Program-made: the position numbers and the translations under genes
Assembly: GCF_964204645.1 (NCBI RefSeq)
Contig: NC_134030.1
Span: 9,389,222-9,453,221, forward strand
Source of the DNA: Tubulanus polymorphus
Lineage: Eukaryota; Animalia; Nemertea
Length of the DNA stretch: 64,000 nt
Direction: 5' to 3'
The notes under the pieces: generated by a model
Told to the model about the DNA's origin: nothing
The model's input: only the letters and a program-made list of their open reading frames with translations
Databases searched by the model: none
Part shown: positions 14,701 to 29,700 of the stretch, piece after piece
How the letters are laid out: each line of letters starts with the position of its first letter
Position numbering within the stretch: the first letter of the stretch is position 1

Positions 14701-17700
14701 GTCATTGTGGCCCATTTTGGTCTTTATATAATCGTTATCTGACAGCCTTTCTTAGTATTTCAATGAAGTTAAAAGTTTGCGTTGCAGATTTCAGAGTATA
14801 AATCAGTCCTCTTCATTCTGCTCGGAAGATATAATTCGTTGATCAGTCTTTATTATTGGTTCTAGGGATATTGTTAACCGCTGCGATCATTGCGACATTT
14901 CTACCCCTATTATATCCCGGTATAGCTGAGCTACCATAATTACTAGAGACTGTAACCTTTGCAAAAATATTTAGGGTTATGTGTAAACAACTAAACTGGT
15001 GGTCTTTTGTAAAGAAAAACTTATACAATCATTTACGCGTGTGTACTTAACTGACACTGTTACCTAGCTATCTATTCAAAATTGAAAGTGTTTTATCTTG
15101 AAAAAAAATTGAAAGTGTTTAATCTACAACTCCTTGATTTCTTGAAAACCCCTTCTATATGGAAAATGCTTTAGAAGGTGCTTGAGCACAATGCCAGAAA
15201 CTCCTAATTTCGAGAAATAGGCTATCAGACTAAGCCTAAATCGGTACAGTTGGAACCAGGATGTTTTTGTTACCATATTGGGCGGTTGCCCATTAGAAAC
15301 CAAGTTTACTTAGTGTTAAGGATAAGTATTTGCTTACAAAACCACTCAATTAACGGTTACCAAGATAAGCAGTACTGATTTAGGAGGAGTCTACTGTAAT
15401 ATAAAGTGATTCAGATGCTTCCTTGAAATATTTAGTTTCCTCCTTTAAAACTTATATCCAGGAATGACTGATCTGCAGGGACCCTGCTTTAACTGCATAG
15501 CTGAATGATCCAAAATTTGAATTGTTATTTCAATTTTGATTGAATTTTTTTTTCTAATTCACTGATCATAGGATTTTTACGTCGCCGATGCCTCCGAGGA
15601 CCAAGTGTTCTTATGCGTGTATCACCGGACCGGCGTCACGAACCTGTACATATCCGAAGTGAAAGGATTCCGATTTTCGTTATCACTCGAGCGCGTCGTC
15701 TACTACAACCCGAAAGGACCGGCTTACCTCGCAAACCATTGGCTTAAGTATGTCATCAGATACGCCTGATGCTTCAATAAATCATTACTCGTACACTAGC
15801 TTAACCCGATCATGACTGACTAATTAATCCCCGAAAGTGCTGGAGATAATTTAAAGATTAAAAAAAGATTCTCTCCCACTCTATTGAATAACGGGCATAC
15901 CGCTTAATGCGTCTACACCTCAGTGCAGTGTATCGTTAGTTACTTATTACTTACTGTTTGCTTCCATCTTTCAATAAAATGCACCTTGATGCGGTGAAAG
16001 AGCACAGTCCATGGATTTATACATCGCACTGTGGTGAATATGAACTGAAAGGGTTAAGTCATAGCAGTTGGAACTATCTTTTCGTTGATGACATAATGAT
16101 AATGATAGTGTTTTATATAGCGCTAATTAAAAACCGCTCAGAGTACTTTACATCGAAGCCTCATTAAAGAGGACTTATCCAAATGCTGACTTACACTCAA
16201 TTGGAAAAAAAATTGCATCTTAAGAATGAAGACGACTATGACCACTTTTTCGATGAGAGCGAGTTTGGCTGTATTGGTATTTAGATTCACATTATGGCTA
16301 CTGGCGTTTCTTATTCCAAAAAACGGTTCCAAAATTTTGTTATCTCTGTAGGACCGAGTTTCATAGATCTCAGTCAATAAAATTTGATTCTGGAATTGAA
16401 TTTAGTTCATTTCCAAAGCTCAAATCCTGGAGTTGAATGTAGATGGAAAACTATGGATCACTGATTTGTACACAGCACTGCGGTGTAGACAGTCTGAAAG
16501 GGTTAATGGATCGGAATTTAATGCGTTAAGTCTTACGTTAACACGAACCGAACTTCATTGTCCGTATTGCGATAATTCACGAGATTTTGACTTTCGTCGT
16601 CTAGGTTTCTCGTCAGCGAACCGTTCGCCGATATACACCGGGTCGAGGCGTTGCGCGGTGTTTACATCGCGTCGCAGCTGAAAAACTCATCGCTGAACAG
16701 CCACCAAGAAACGTTCATCACGTACGACAAGGGCGGACGATGGCACCTGATCCTCGCTCCGACGGTCGACAACAATATGAAACCGCTGAACTGCGCTATC
16801 GTAAGTTTGATAATAATATAATAATATATTTTATATCCACTAAATATTACAATATATCATTATACATTATAAAAATGAAGTTAAATGAAATATTTTAATA
16901 TTAAGCTGTAATATTTAATAATAATAGTAATAATGATAATCATAATGATAATTACCATAATATTCATTTCTACTTGATATTGTGACGGAATAAAAAACCA
17001 GCTATGTAAAAAACCAGAAGTCGGTTGACGTTTGATGAGAAGTCATTTATTGGCATTGAGAACAAATCGGAATTCTTGTTTATTTCCCGAATAAGGGCCT
17101 TGATGAGGGACCTGGCTGTTTGGAAAGAATGTGGCTAAAGATTTCTATATTCTCCGTCCATGGGTCTGTGTGTACTTCGTGTAAATAATAGATCATGCTA
17201 TGGATTTTCAGGTAAACGGCTGCTCGCTGCATTTGAGTCAGAAATTCAGTCAGTGGTTTCCGTCCGGGCCATCGATTCTGTCGAAGTATTCGGCCCCCGG
17301 TTTGATAATGGCCGCCGGCAAAGCGAACAAAACACTCGGTCGCGTCCCGGACGTATTCCTATCTACGGACGGAGGTGTCAGTTGGCATATGGTACGTAGG
17401 CGAAGACATATTCCGTTGATCTTTCGTTGTGATTAGAAAATGAAATATAAGTTTACATGAAAATTTTAAAAAAAATTGTATGGTCATAGTGTACGATGTT
17501 TTTCAGGTGTTGAAAGGTCTTCATCGATTCATGTTCGGCGACCAAGGTGGTTTGATAGCTGCCATAGAACCGTTCACTCGAGAAATCAAGTATGTCATCT
17601 GTATCCCTTCATTCTTCTAAGGTTCCCTATGACTCCTTGATTCCTTAAAAACTCTTTTGATCTTAAGCTAAATGCCCAAACTCACTTCAATTTTGAGAGA

Positions 17701-20700
17701 GGCAATTTTCAATTTACAGTAAACTTCACTAAAATGGTAGAGTTGAAACCAGGATTCTTTTTACTCAATTAAGCATTTACTTAATAAAAAAACCGAGTTT
17801 AGGTTGTGTAAAGGATAAGAAATTGCATACAAAACCACTGAATTAATGCTTGAGTTACGTAAACTGTACAGATTTACTCTAGGAAGTGACTACTGTAATT
17901 TGAATATGAAAATGGTGTAAATGCAAAATTTTTTTCCTTGGTTCCTTTCTAACCCTTTATATCCGGGGATGGATCGATCTGTAGGAACCCTGCCACAGGT
18001 TTTCCACCAAAAATATTTGCTAACTGATGCAGTCATATCCTTAACCGATATCAACCCTGACTGATAATTATTTCATTGAAATTAAGAAATGCTACCGAAA
18101 ACATTTGGATAAGTAACGAGCCCTGTGTTTGAATCAGACTAATTTATCAAAATCTTGATTATGTCACGTAGATTTTCCTGGAACGAAGGCGAAACGTGGT
18201 CGAGCAAGGTGTTCTCGCAGGAACCAATACGCGTGTACGGACTGCTTACCGAGCCCGGCGAAAAATCGACGGTTTTCTCGATATTTGGATCGAAATCCGG
18301 TCTTCACAGCTGGATCATCATTCAAGTGAATCTTCACGATGTTTTCAGTAAGTTTTCAAGAATGAAGTTACAATATAATGACGTTTAAAGTATTTACAAA
18401 TTTATGAATGTTTTTGTAAGAATTGATTTACGTGATGGTTTGAAAAAGGGAATAGTTTTCAGAACGAGTTCACTGATTGTCGAAATCAGGTAATTTCAGT
18501 GTCGATTACTAAAATGGGAATGACTTGTAAGTGATGAGTTTTCGTTTCCACACATTTATCTTATAGAAGTGGTTCTGATCTTATATCAAAATGACTGCAT
18601 TCTGAGCCATATCATCCTTTAGTGACTACTCAAAGGCAGTATAAAGGGTTGACAAAGGGGATCTTGATTTCCCCACACCCCTGAAATTTGCAAAGGGTCA
18701 CACAAAATTACAATCGACAATTTATTTTCATGCATTTTCCCTTAGAAGTCTGGAAAAAGTCTCGACTTAAAATCTTATCTTCAACACCCCATCATATTTT
18801 CCCGTATGCGCCTTTGGTGGCAGTCTGTATATACTTGGATTTTGGAGTCGGCTTAAAATGTCTGGCACCGAAAATGAGTTTTTGGTTGTAATGTAAAATT
18901 GTCTATAACGGAATGAATGATCCATATTCTCAAGAACGATGGATTACCGATCAGTTTTAACGAAAATGCAGAGAGGATTTGTATTTTTGGTTTTAACCTC
19001 TTCTCTCACCATGTGCGACGTATATTTACGTCGCAAATATATTCATTTACTACAATTGCTGGTGTGGTGAGTCACTACGCCGCTGGTGTATAGACGTACT
19101 AAATGTTTGTCTGCTTCAATTTAGTTACACTATTTACTCATAGATGGCGAATCAGTGCCTCAAATACTGAACTGAATCCAAATAAAATATGAATATGGGA
19201 AAATGCGCTGGTGAGGGGCGTTACATTACCTATGGTAGCGAAGAGGTTAAGTAACTCTCACGATGTTTCGTTTCAATCTTGCAGATTTCCAATGTAATAG
19301 CGAATCGGACTACAAGATGTGGTCTCCCGTCGATCCGTACAACGGACAGATGTGTTTGCTCGGTCGGAAGGTTTCGTATAAACGTCGCGTCGCGCGAATC
19401 GATTGTTACAACAGTCGTCAGTTCGTGCGCGCCGTTAACTATCAGAACTGTTCGTGTACGCGCGAGGATTTCGAATGGTAAGTACGGCGTGTGGGCAACT
19501 GGTTGACGTGGAGATTAGATACAGGGTTTTCAATAAGAAATTAACAAGCCAGGTACCTTTGAAAAACAGGAGGGTTCCCCCTATGTCACAGTCACTGAAA
19601 GAAAAGCTGGTTTGAAAAACCAGGCAGGTCCTTTACAAACAACAGACGGGTCTGAGACCTGGGACCTGGCTCTTATTGAAAACACTGAGATAATGAGTTT
19701 ATATCCATGATATACGAAATATACACCTGACAATGGTCTCTAGAGAGGGTCCAAAATGTTGTGTCTTTTGATTTTTTATTATAAGAATTCGCTTTCGATC
19801 TTTTGAATTTTGTTTATAGTGGGTTTTAACGGGAGAGCGAAGACTGATATGCAGTTTATGATTCCGGGTATAAGCTGGGGATGATTAGGTTAGCGTAGGG
19901 GCTATTTATATAGGGATCAGATATTTGCGAACTGGGCCACATTTGAGTCTTGAATGATATAATCTATTATTGTTTTTCAGTGATGTTGGGTTCAAACTCG
20001 CTAATGGTTACAGCGGAATATGTAGAAGTGACCCGTCTATCAACCTCAACGTTCATCAGCCCCCTACGCCATGCCATGGAACTTGGAAACGCACAAAAGG
20101 GTAAGAGTCGATGCCGGTAGACTAGTAGTATTTACTTTAACCGCAGGGAGACCTCAATTGACTGATACAAGTGGTTAATTTAACCCTCAGGTTTGAGTTA
20201 TGTGGGCATTAATCCGCTGCCTGGGCCAACTTCGGTTTTCATAGCAAGTTGACTAGTGGTCGGAACTAATAACCGAACACACTATAGTTCGGTCGTAACA
20301 TATTTCACAGTGTCGGCCATCTTGAACCTAGGTCCGAACTGTAGCGACCGTGCTCAATTGCGTGGTCGACCATTTCCGGACTATAGTTCCGACTAACGGA
20401 CATTCGGTTTCATTTAGTTGGACTATAGTCGACTAACTCCGATAACCGAAGGTGGCCCTGCATGCCCTTAGACAAACTTGATTAGATGGATGAAGTGTGG
20501 TTGACCTTGATGGTTTGAATTATTCGCAATATTTTACAGGGCACTTTCCGCCCGCAACGCATAAGACGGTAGTCCACAGCGCAAGATTTAGTTTATTTTC
20601 TCTTTAAAAATGTCCCTCAAGTGCCTAGAAATTGTATGAAAATGCATTGAAATTTCAAAATTTTGTTTTGGCTACTTAACTTGCCCTTTTTGGTATATAT

Positions 20701-23700
20701 GCCCTATTCATATGTCTGGGCTCCTGTCACAGTAAGCCCCTGGATCCACCCCTGATGTCGCTCATTTGCTAGTTATTATTTTCTAGCTATCGTAAAGTTG
20801 CCGGTGACACATGTTCAGGCGGCGACGAACATCGCTACGTACCGGACGTGATCACGTGTCCGATCAGACGTCTGACCGAGTTTCTGATATTCTCGACGAG
20901 AACGACGATACAGCAGTACAGCATCGGTTCGCGTAGCCGGCTGACGTACCCAATTCCGTCGTTGGCAAATGTCGTCGCGATTGACTTCAATTATTCGACG
21001 AACTGTTTATACTGGGTCGACTTGCGTCAAGCAGTGATCAAGGTAAAATCTTACAACAATTAGAATGATATCTGTAATCACCGGATCATTATGATTCCTT
21101 AAAAACTCCTAAACAGAAATGCTTTTAAAGGTGCTCAAAAAACTCCTTTGATTTGAACCAAATGCCCTAAACTCCTTTAAAAATTCCCTCAATTTTGAAA
21201 AATAGTCCATTAGAAATTTTTGTCTAGTTTGTAATTTGTCTAGTTTGTAATTGTACAGTTCGCTACCCCTAAATCGGTACAGTTGGGATTTGTTAAAAAT
21301 GTGAATTTCGCTTACAGCGAGTATGTTTTAACGCGGAGGTAGGAGTTGAAACAATCGTCCAGGGAAGAATGGTAAACGTCGAGGGTGTGGCCATCGATTG
21401 GATCAACGATAACCTGTACTGGATCGACACCGGATACAAGCAAATCGAGATGTCCAAGGCGGACGGTCGACTGAGGAAAATACTCATTTCCAATTCGACG
21501 GGTTGGTTAGATCGACCCCGCGCTATTGCTCTTGATCCAAACCACGGGTAAGAACTATTATCAATCACTTCCTTACCTTCGCAGTAATCAGTAGACTTCA
21601 GCTTCAGCCAGGTTTTGACAGTAGTTTTTGAATCGATTTAAAACTCACCGATGGTTCTGAATAAGATTCCATTACCATAATGGGAAACTATTGTTGAAAA
21701 AGAAGGCCTCTTTTTCATAGGGAGGCTGCTGCAAGTTTGTGCGCGAATTGATGCAATTGCTCCTGAGATCGATTCGATATATAGAAATTCGAATAAATCG
21801 TAATTCATTAGTAAGGTCTTAATGATTAGACTGGTGCTTAGATTTGTTCAACAGTACCCTAATTGCACTGATTTTGAAGTCCTCATCAAAAGTTACCATC
21901 ATCAGCATTGTTTGCCAAGGCATATATGCATGCTGCTGTAATCAAATGTACTGCTGTCAGCTGTACACTGGCGCTTAGGTAGCGTTGACATGGAATTCCA
22001 TCATATCAACCTCGTTTCGTGTTTTCCTACTCGGTCCCTACGACTCCTTGATTTCTTAGTAATACCTCCTAAACAGAAAACGCTTTTAAAGGTGCTGAAA
22101 CTGCTTTGATTTGAACAAAATGCCGAAAACTCCTTTAAAACTCCTTCAATTTTGAGAAAATGGGCAATGAGAAATTTTGGTAGGGGTTGTACAGTAGACT
22201 ATGACTAAATCGGGTTACCACCAGGATTTGTTTTTGAGGCGGTTATAAAATTAGAAACTGAGTTTAGGTAGTGTGTAGTATAAAAATTGGCTTACAAAAC
22301 CGCTGAATTAACGGTGCACCGACGTAAACAGCACTCATTTAGGAGGAGTTAATAGTAATATGAATGCGTTGCAGACACTTCTTCACAATTTGAAATTTAC
22401 TTCTTTGAAACTCGTCACATTCAGGTATAATTGATCTGTAGGGCACCATGTCCTAAAACCTTAATCTTCCTCTATACTGAAGTGTCGAATGATTACTTAC
22501 GGACTACGCATTGTTTCAGCTATATGTTTTGGACTGACTGGAGCTCGAGGAACCCGTGCATAATGAAAGCTAATTTGGACGGCGACAACGCGACGGTAGT
22601 TATCGACAAAGCGAACGTTCATTGGCCGAACGGAATCACCGTCGACGACCAGACGGAACGAATCTTCTGGACGGACGGATACCTGAAGCGCATCGGCTCG
22701 GCGACGATCAACGGACGCGACATACGATTCATCGCTCAAGGTCGTTGGCTGATACCGCATCCGTACGCGATCACAGTGTTCAAAGATCGCGTTTACTGGA
22801 GCGACTGGACGAAACGCTCGATCATGTCGAAGAACAAGTACGGTCTCGGCGCCGTGTCCACGGCCGTGTCCGGGGTTGGGGTCGTTACTGATGTGAAGGC
22901 CGTGTATCACTCGCGGCAGTATGGTAAGTGTTGGTTTTGTGTGGTTTTGTATATATGTTTTATGTCGTTTTTGGCATGAACTGCAGGGGTGAGATGCATG
23001 TGAAAAATGTGAAAAAAAAACGGGATCATTCTGAAAAGTAAATTTTTGTGTGAAAAAAGTGAAAAAATGTGAAGATTTTGGAAACAAACTGAAATTTAGA
23101 AAACAAATTGTTGAAAATCTCTACGTAGTTTTCCTTATAGGCTGTATATGTTCTTTTATCTCTGGGCTCTGCTTTGACCCTAGTTAGTTCATATAACATC
23201 TGCATGTTCGTTGTCTAGTGTCAGTCATTGATTTGTGTACCGTAATTACAGGTTTAATTTGTTACATGTTTAATTCTATGCAATTCTTGCCTCGTCGAAA
23301 ATGAAGAAATCATGTTAGGTCCCTTTTGAAAAAATTAGTGTGAAGATTTTTTGTATGAAAAAATAACTCCTTTAGGTATAAAAGAATGTGAAAAATCCTG
23401 TTTTTTTTGTGTGGGTGAAGTAAGTGGAAAATGGCAATGTGAAAAAATCTCATCCCTAAAACTGCCAGTTGATCCTAGATGTAAAAATTCTGTTTTTCTC
23501 AAATGGGAATCAAGAACGAAAGAGTACATCGTTAGGCCTAATTTGTGGGGAAAATATGTACAAATTAGATTTTTCCTACTGTGCCCAGTTCCGAAGTTGT
23601 GAGTTTTATGTCCAAATCAGTTCATTTCCAATTAGTTAACGCATAGTTCGCCTCAGAAATGCGAAACTGGGTCCCAATTAATACCTGGTGACATGACGGC

Positions 23701-26700
23701 AATTTTACATTTCGATAAGCTATGACCGAACAATCGCATTTTTCAGGCGCGAGTCCATGCCAGAAACACAACGGCGGTTGTTCGCATATTTGCGTGGGAA
23801 GACCTCAGATGGATCAGTCACACGGAGCGAATCGTACGTGCTTGTGTCCAGACTCGATGTCTCATATCGTTCTCAAAGATGGGTATGTGTCAGTCATCCT
23901 CCAAATGGCTAAAATTACGAGGACATTTAATTAGCATGTATTGATATGGAAGGGAATTTTATAGTGTAATTGCTGTATATCGGTATGTTTCATTTGAAGG
24001 AATGAACAATGTCGGTGTGATGGCGGTTCGATCATGGTCGACGGTTTGTGTCAGGTGAAAGAGTCTCACTGCGGACTGCAACAGCTTCGATGCAATAACA
24101 ACCATTGTATACCGTCGACGTGGAAATGCGACCACGATGACGATTGCGGAGATGGCACTGATGAATTGGATTGTCGTAAGTTTCTTTTTCCCGCTAATGT
24201 ATGTACCGTAAAAACCGGCGTATAAGTCGAGTTTTTAACCCTTGATTTTACCACTTAATTATTGACCTCGTCTTATACGCCGAGTACAGTTTTCTACTAA
24301 GTATTTTCAGGTCACAAGAAATATTGATTCTACCAGACAAAAAAGACAGTGTTCATCTTCTCACTGCTATAACAGTTTGAATAATTATTCATGATAAATA
24401 AATTTATTTAATGAAAAAAAACTTCTTTCATTTTGACACAGCTTCATTTAAAACGATTTATTCATATATGCGCGCTCATAGCAGCGCTTAATACATTAGG
24501 CTATATATAGCGTGTGACTCACACTACTCTATCACTGTATGGTAGTGTATTATACCTGAGTGTGTGTGTAACAGTCTATTGATTAACGCACTGCAGCAAT
24601 CAGGCTGACGCGCGGCGGCATGCGTGAAGGCGCACACCGTTATCAAAACAAACTATTTAATAAGATACAAGTAATTATTCTTCTAAGAGAAGGGCTCAAC
24701 TTATAAGCCGGATATATGTTAAAATCATGAAATGTAGGTCTAAAATTCGACCTCGACTTATACGCCGCGTAGACTTATACGCCAGTTTTTACGGTATTCG
24801 AAAACATTTAATATATTTATAACTTGCTTCCTCGGATCTCGCAGGACTATTATTGTTATTCCGAGGCAAGCGCATTTTGATGATGGCTGGTCACTGCATG
24901 ATTTAGGGTGGGAACATTTTAGAATTTCATCCGCAGCCTGGCAAAATTCAAAGCATTCTGATCGGGGGCAAGCTGAAGCTACTGTATAATACATGTATTT
25001 CATAATTCATAATTATATCACGATGCCAGTACAATATCTTGTAGTACACTATATTGAAATCTTTCGAAAAATCCTGAGGAATTGATTAAGTATTTTACTG
25101 CTGACGATCAATTAGGCTTTAATGGTTGACTAAAAATTCATAGCTGATTCGTATATTAGTTCAATAGAAAAATTAAACATGTTTCAATGGTAAGCATGAT
25201 TAGGACCCAGTTGAAATCAGTTATCTCACTAGAGTCAAGCTATAACCAAGGACTGGAAATGGCTATAAGAATAGGCTATAACTCGTAATGTCCATACTAT
25301 CAAGGACTCCAGAGATTTCCTAAGGTCCGCACGAGAGAAACAAATAAATAAACGACGAGACTTCCTTCTAGTTGAAAGATCTATGAGCACTGGTTTATAC
25401 CGAACATAGACCGATTGAGATAATATTGAGATCGCATTGTATCATATCTCTACAACTATTGGATAGAATCTAGTAAACAACCTGTGCAGTACTGAAAAAA
25501 TTCTACGGAATAATAGAAACCACAATTATGAATGAAATTACAACATAAATCCAACCATAAATCCCGAATGATATATATTCGTGACACGTTGTGTTAAAAA
25601 CAAAAAGGATTTCCCCAAACACCAATGAAAGCTAATATGGGTTTTGTTTATTTCAGCATACACGACATGTCCGTCACACATGTTCACCTGTTCGAATGGA
25701 CGTTGTATCCCGCAGCGATGGCGATGCGATGGCGAAGCCGACTGTAAAAACGGCACCGATGAACTGAATTGCCGTAAGTACCTAAACTACATTGGAATGA
25801 ATATCGGAAGCCAGTTTCATGAAATATGATCACACCCGTTGATCTGTGTAAATCTTCTTGTGTTCCTAATCTAAATAGTTATTTGGCTGTGTAAATTGAT
25901 ATTTTCTAAATAGTTATTTAGCTAAATAGTAATAGCTGTGGGCTTTTTGTTCATAGTTCTGTTTCATATCTTATGTCATACTTGATGAGGCAGAGGTGAC
26001 TCAGCGAAATCAATCTTGTCTGATTATATTACTTTTCAAAATGAATTTTGTTATTGATTGTTGTGGCATATCGAGACTTTACATTTTTGTACAAAATTCG
26101 TAACTGGTCCACTGGAGATATGGTATTGCAATCATGGGCAAAATAGGACTGATGATCATCATCCTAATCGAAAGAAATTCATCAATACCAATACGGCTTA
26201 CCCTGGATGGGTCTTACACATTTAGTTAGTATTGGATGAAGCCATGTTATATTGACAGAATTGACGCTTCAGATGGCTGATTCGCCTCGAATAGGAGACC
26301 GAGTCAATGTCTATTACGTCATTACTTTTATTGCAATGTTTTCCCTCTTTCTTTTCAGCACCCCACTCGTGTTCTCAACAGCAGTTCCAGTGTAACAACG
26401 GGCGATGCATTCCTAAAACCTGGGTTTGCGATTTTGACGACGACTGTCACGACCGGTCGGACGAATCTTTGTCCATCTGTCAAAATGCTACCGGTCAGTA
26501 GTTTTTCAACATTGCGTATGTTGGTTTCAAGTCTGTATTTTAGAACTTTTCCGATAATTTTCAACCACCGTCATCTGCATAAGATGTTTTTGTGTGACGT
26601 GTTAGCTGCTTGAACATTCTCGCAAATTCTACCTGGACACTTAACTAGAAGTTCTCAATATCATCTTTTCCTTTTCCTGCCAGTAAAGCATCCTATCTGT

Positions 26701-29700
26701 TTGTTATAGCCATTACAAATGATTGGCAGGCTAGTGAGTGTGTTAAGCCAGATAGAAAAAAATCTCCATTACCAGTGAATAATTCCCTTGTAACTCCCAT
26801 TGCCCGACGGAAGAGAGTTCATAGTATTACGTATTATCAGTAGTCGCGGAAGTTGAAGCAGACACAGCTTTCTGTCTGTTGTTATTGGCCGTATAAAAAA
26901 AGCCCCAAATGAATTAGTAAATCGATGTAACTCTATCCATCATCTTAATTACTATTGTATACATATTTTTACCTACACTTTTTAGCTCCGCTGTGACCGA
27001 AGGTCAGCGGAGCTGATGGGTTAGGGGGTTCGTCGTCGTCGTCCGTCCATCCGTCCGGTGTTCGGTGTCCGGCGTCAACTTTTTCTTTATATCCCTACTA
27101 GTCCTACAGTTCTGATGGGATCTTGATGAAACTTGGTATGAATGATCTATGGGGGAGTGCCTACAAAAGTACAGAGCCATAATTTTGATTTTGCATAAAT
27201 AATGCAAATTAGGGCTATTTTTAGATTTTCACTAAAATCGCTACTCCTCCATCGATTTTCAGCAGATTTCAATCAAACTTGGTATGAATGATCTATGGTG
27301 GAGTGCCTACAAAAGTACAGAGCCATATTTTTGATTTTGCATAAATTATGCAAATTAGGGCTATTTTTAGATTTTCACTTAAATCGCTACTTCTACTTCA
27401 GTTTTCAGTAGATATCAACCAAACTTGGTACGAATGATGTATGGGGGAGTGCCTACAAAAGTATAGAGCCATACTTTTGATTTCGCATAAATTATGCAAA
27501 TTAGGGCTATTTTTAGATTTTCACTTAAATTGCTACTTCTACTCCAGTTTTCAGTAGATTTCAACCAAACTTCATATGAATGATCTATTGGGGAGTGCCT
27601 ACAAAAGTATAGAGCCATATTTTTGATTTTGCATAAATTATGCAAATTAGGCCTTTTTTAGATTTTCCTTTCAATCGCTACTCCTCCAGTTTGTCAGTTT
27701 AGAGTATGTTAGTATGATTATTGGTATTGTGGCCCTTCTCCAAGTGGCTATAATGTCCCTGAACATCTAGTTTCAAATAGATACTGATGTGATAGTCTAT
27801 GCTCCAAGCCACAACAAAGACAGCGGAGCTATATAAGCCGACAGGCTTCTTGTATAAATGAAGCGGTAGAAAATCGAGTGTGAGTGAGAAAGTATGAATC
27901 TGTGGGTGAGGTTGAAGTGTGTGTTTGGGTACCTGCCACAAGTGAGAACTTTGAACAGGTTCACCCTGCTAATTAATATATGTCAATATTATGTATGTAC
28001 TTACTACATAATTCACATTTATATTCTGTGTTTAACCAGATAGAAACAAAATCTCCATTGCCAGTGAATAATAAATACCCTTCTTACTCCCGTTGCCAGA
28101 TGAAAGAGAGTTCATAGTATTACGTGTTATCAGTAGGCACAGAAGTTGAAGTGTGCTGTTTGTTATTATCGACCGTGGAATATATTTTCAGCTCGACCGA
28201 CGACTAATACATCGACATGTAACGCGAAGACGAGTTTCCAGTGTGCCGGCGGTTACCGGCATTGTATACCGCTGACGTGGAAATGCGACGGCGCCGACGA
28301 CTGCGGCGATAACAGCGACGAAGCCGGCTGCGCGTTGGTGAACAGTACCGCTTGCGATTTGCTCGGCATGTTCCCGTGCGGTAATGGCACATGCATACCG
28401 AGAGCGTGGCGCTGTAACGGCTACGTCGAATGTTACGATTCGAGCGACGAGGAGAACTGTGAGCACAATACGACGTGTGAGTTAAACTATTTTTATATAT
28501 GGTCACTGGGGGGTGTTGAATCCGATGTTTATGCTTTATAAAACTGGCCCTAGTACAGCCCAGGGGCCAGTTGCATAGTCACTGCTTAGAGGTAAGTCCA
28601 CTCTAAGACCGACTTAGTTCCGTAGCCAATCTAACAACTTAAAACCAGTCTTAAGATTTAAGTTCACTTTTGGACTTAAGTCACGACTGCAACTGGGCCC
28701 TGAGATTTGATTTTGATGTTTTATCTCGCAGCGTTGACAACACCGGCCAGTGTTGAGTGTCGTTGGGATCAATTCGCGTGTATGAATATGGGATGTGTTA
28801 GCGCTGGACAACGATGTGATCTCGTCAATGATTGCGGCGACTGGAGCGATGAAGACGATTGCCCGAGTAAGCTATCAAGTTTATTCTCTAAAAGAGGACT
28901 CCCTCGCGTGCTTATTGCTATGTGTTTGTGTGTATATGCGAACGTTTTGGTAATCAATTTTTGCAAATGGTTTGATGTTACCTTTAGCCATCAATAATGG
29001 TATTGAAAACCAATCAGTCTCCCTGAAACTTTTGGTGTACCCGAAAAGAGTTATTTATTTGTTTGTTTGTCCTTGAGAATCACCGGTTGGAAGCCCCGTT
29101 GTCCGCGCGCTGAAAGGCGTTAAGATATACGAAGAAAAAGATCTCGGCTTTTCAGAAAGTTGATCACGGCATTTCGTCGTTCTTCTCATTTCAGCCAGAA
29201 CTAATTTCACGTGTGGTCAGTTCATGTATCGTTGCGCAAACATGCAACGTTGCGTACCGTTGTATAAGACGTGTAATGGACACTTTGATTGTCCATACGG
29301 AGATGATGAATCGATGTGCGCCCCTCCCAGTGAGTAGTAATAATAATAATTTTATTTTTCCATTTTGAATTATAATAATCGTACAAAGTAATACAAATAC
29401 AAGAATTCAAGATGGAGGGACACATGAGGAAACCTGTTAAGGTTTATACGATGTTCATGCCACCCTCATACACCCAATCACGCTCTCTTTCACACCACAT
29501 TCACACAGAAAATATTTAAGTGCCAGATGGCAGAGACTGGAAAAATTATCGAAACATTAATCGAGGGGATACTGTTTGAGAGCACGTATAAAAACAGGAG
29601 GGGATACTGATCCAATGATCTTCAGTGAGTAAGGCAAATTATTTTAAGTTAAAGCAGCTGATACTTTTACTGAAAATTTCTTTCGATTGGTTGTAAATTT

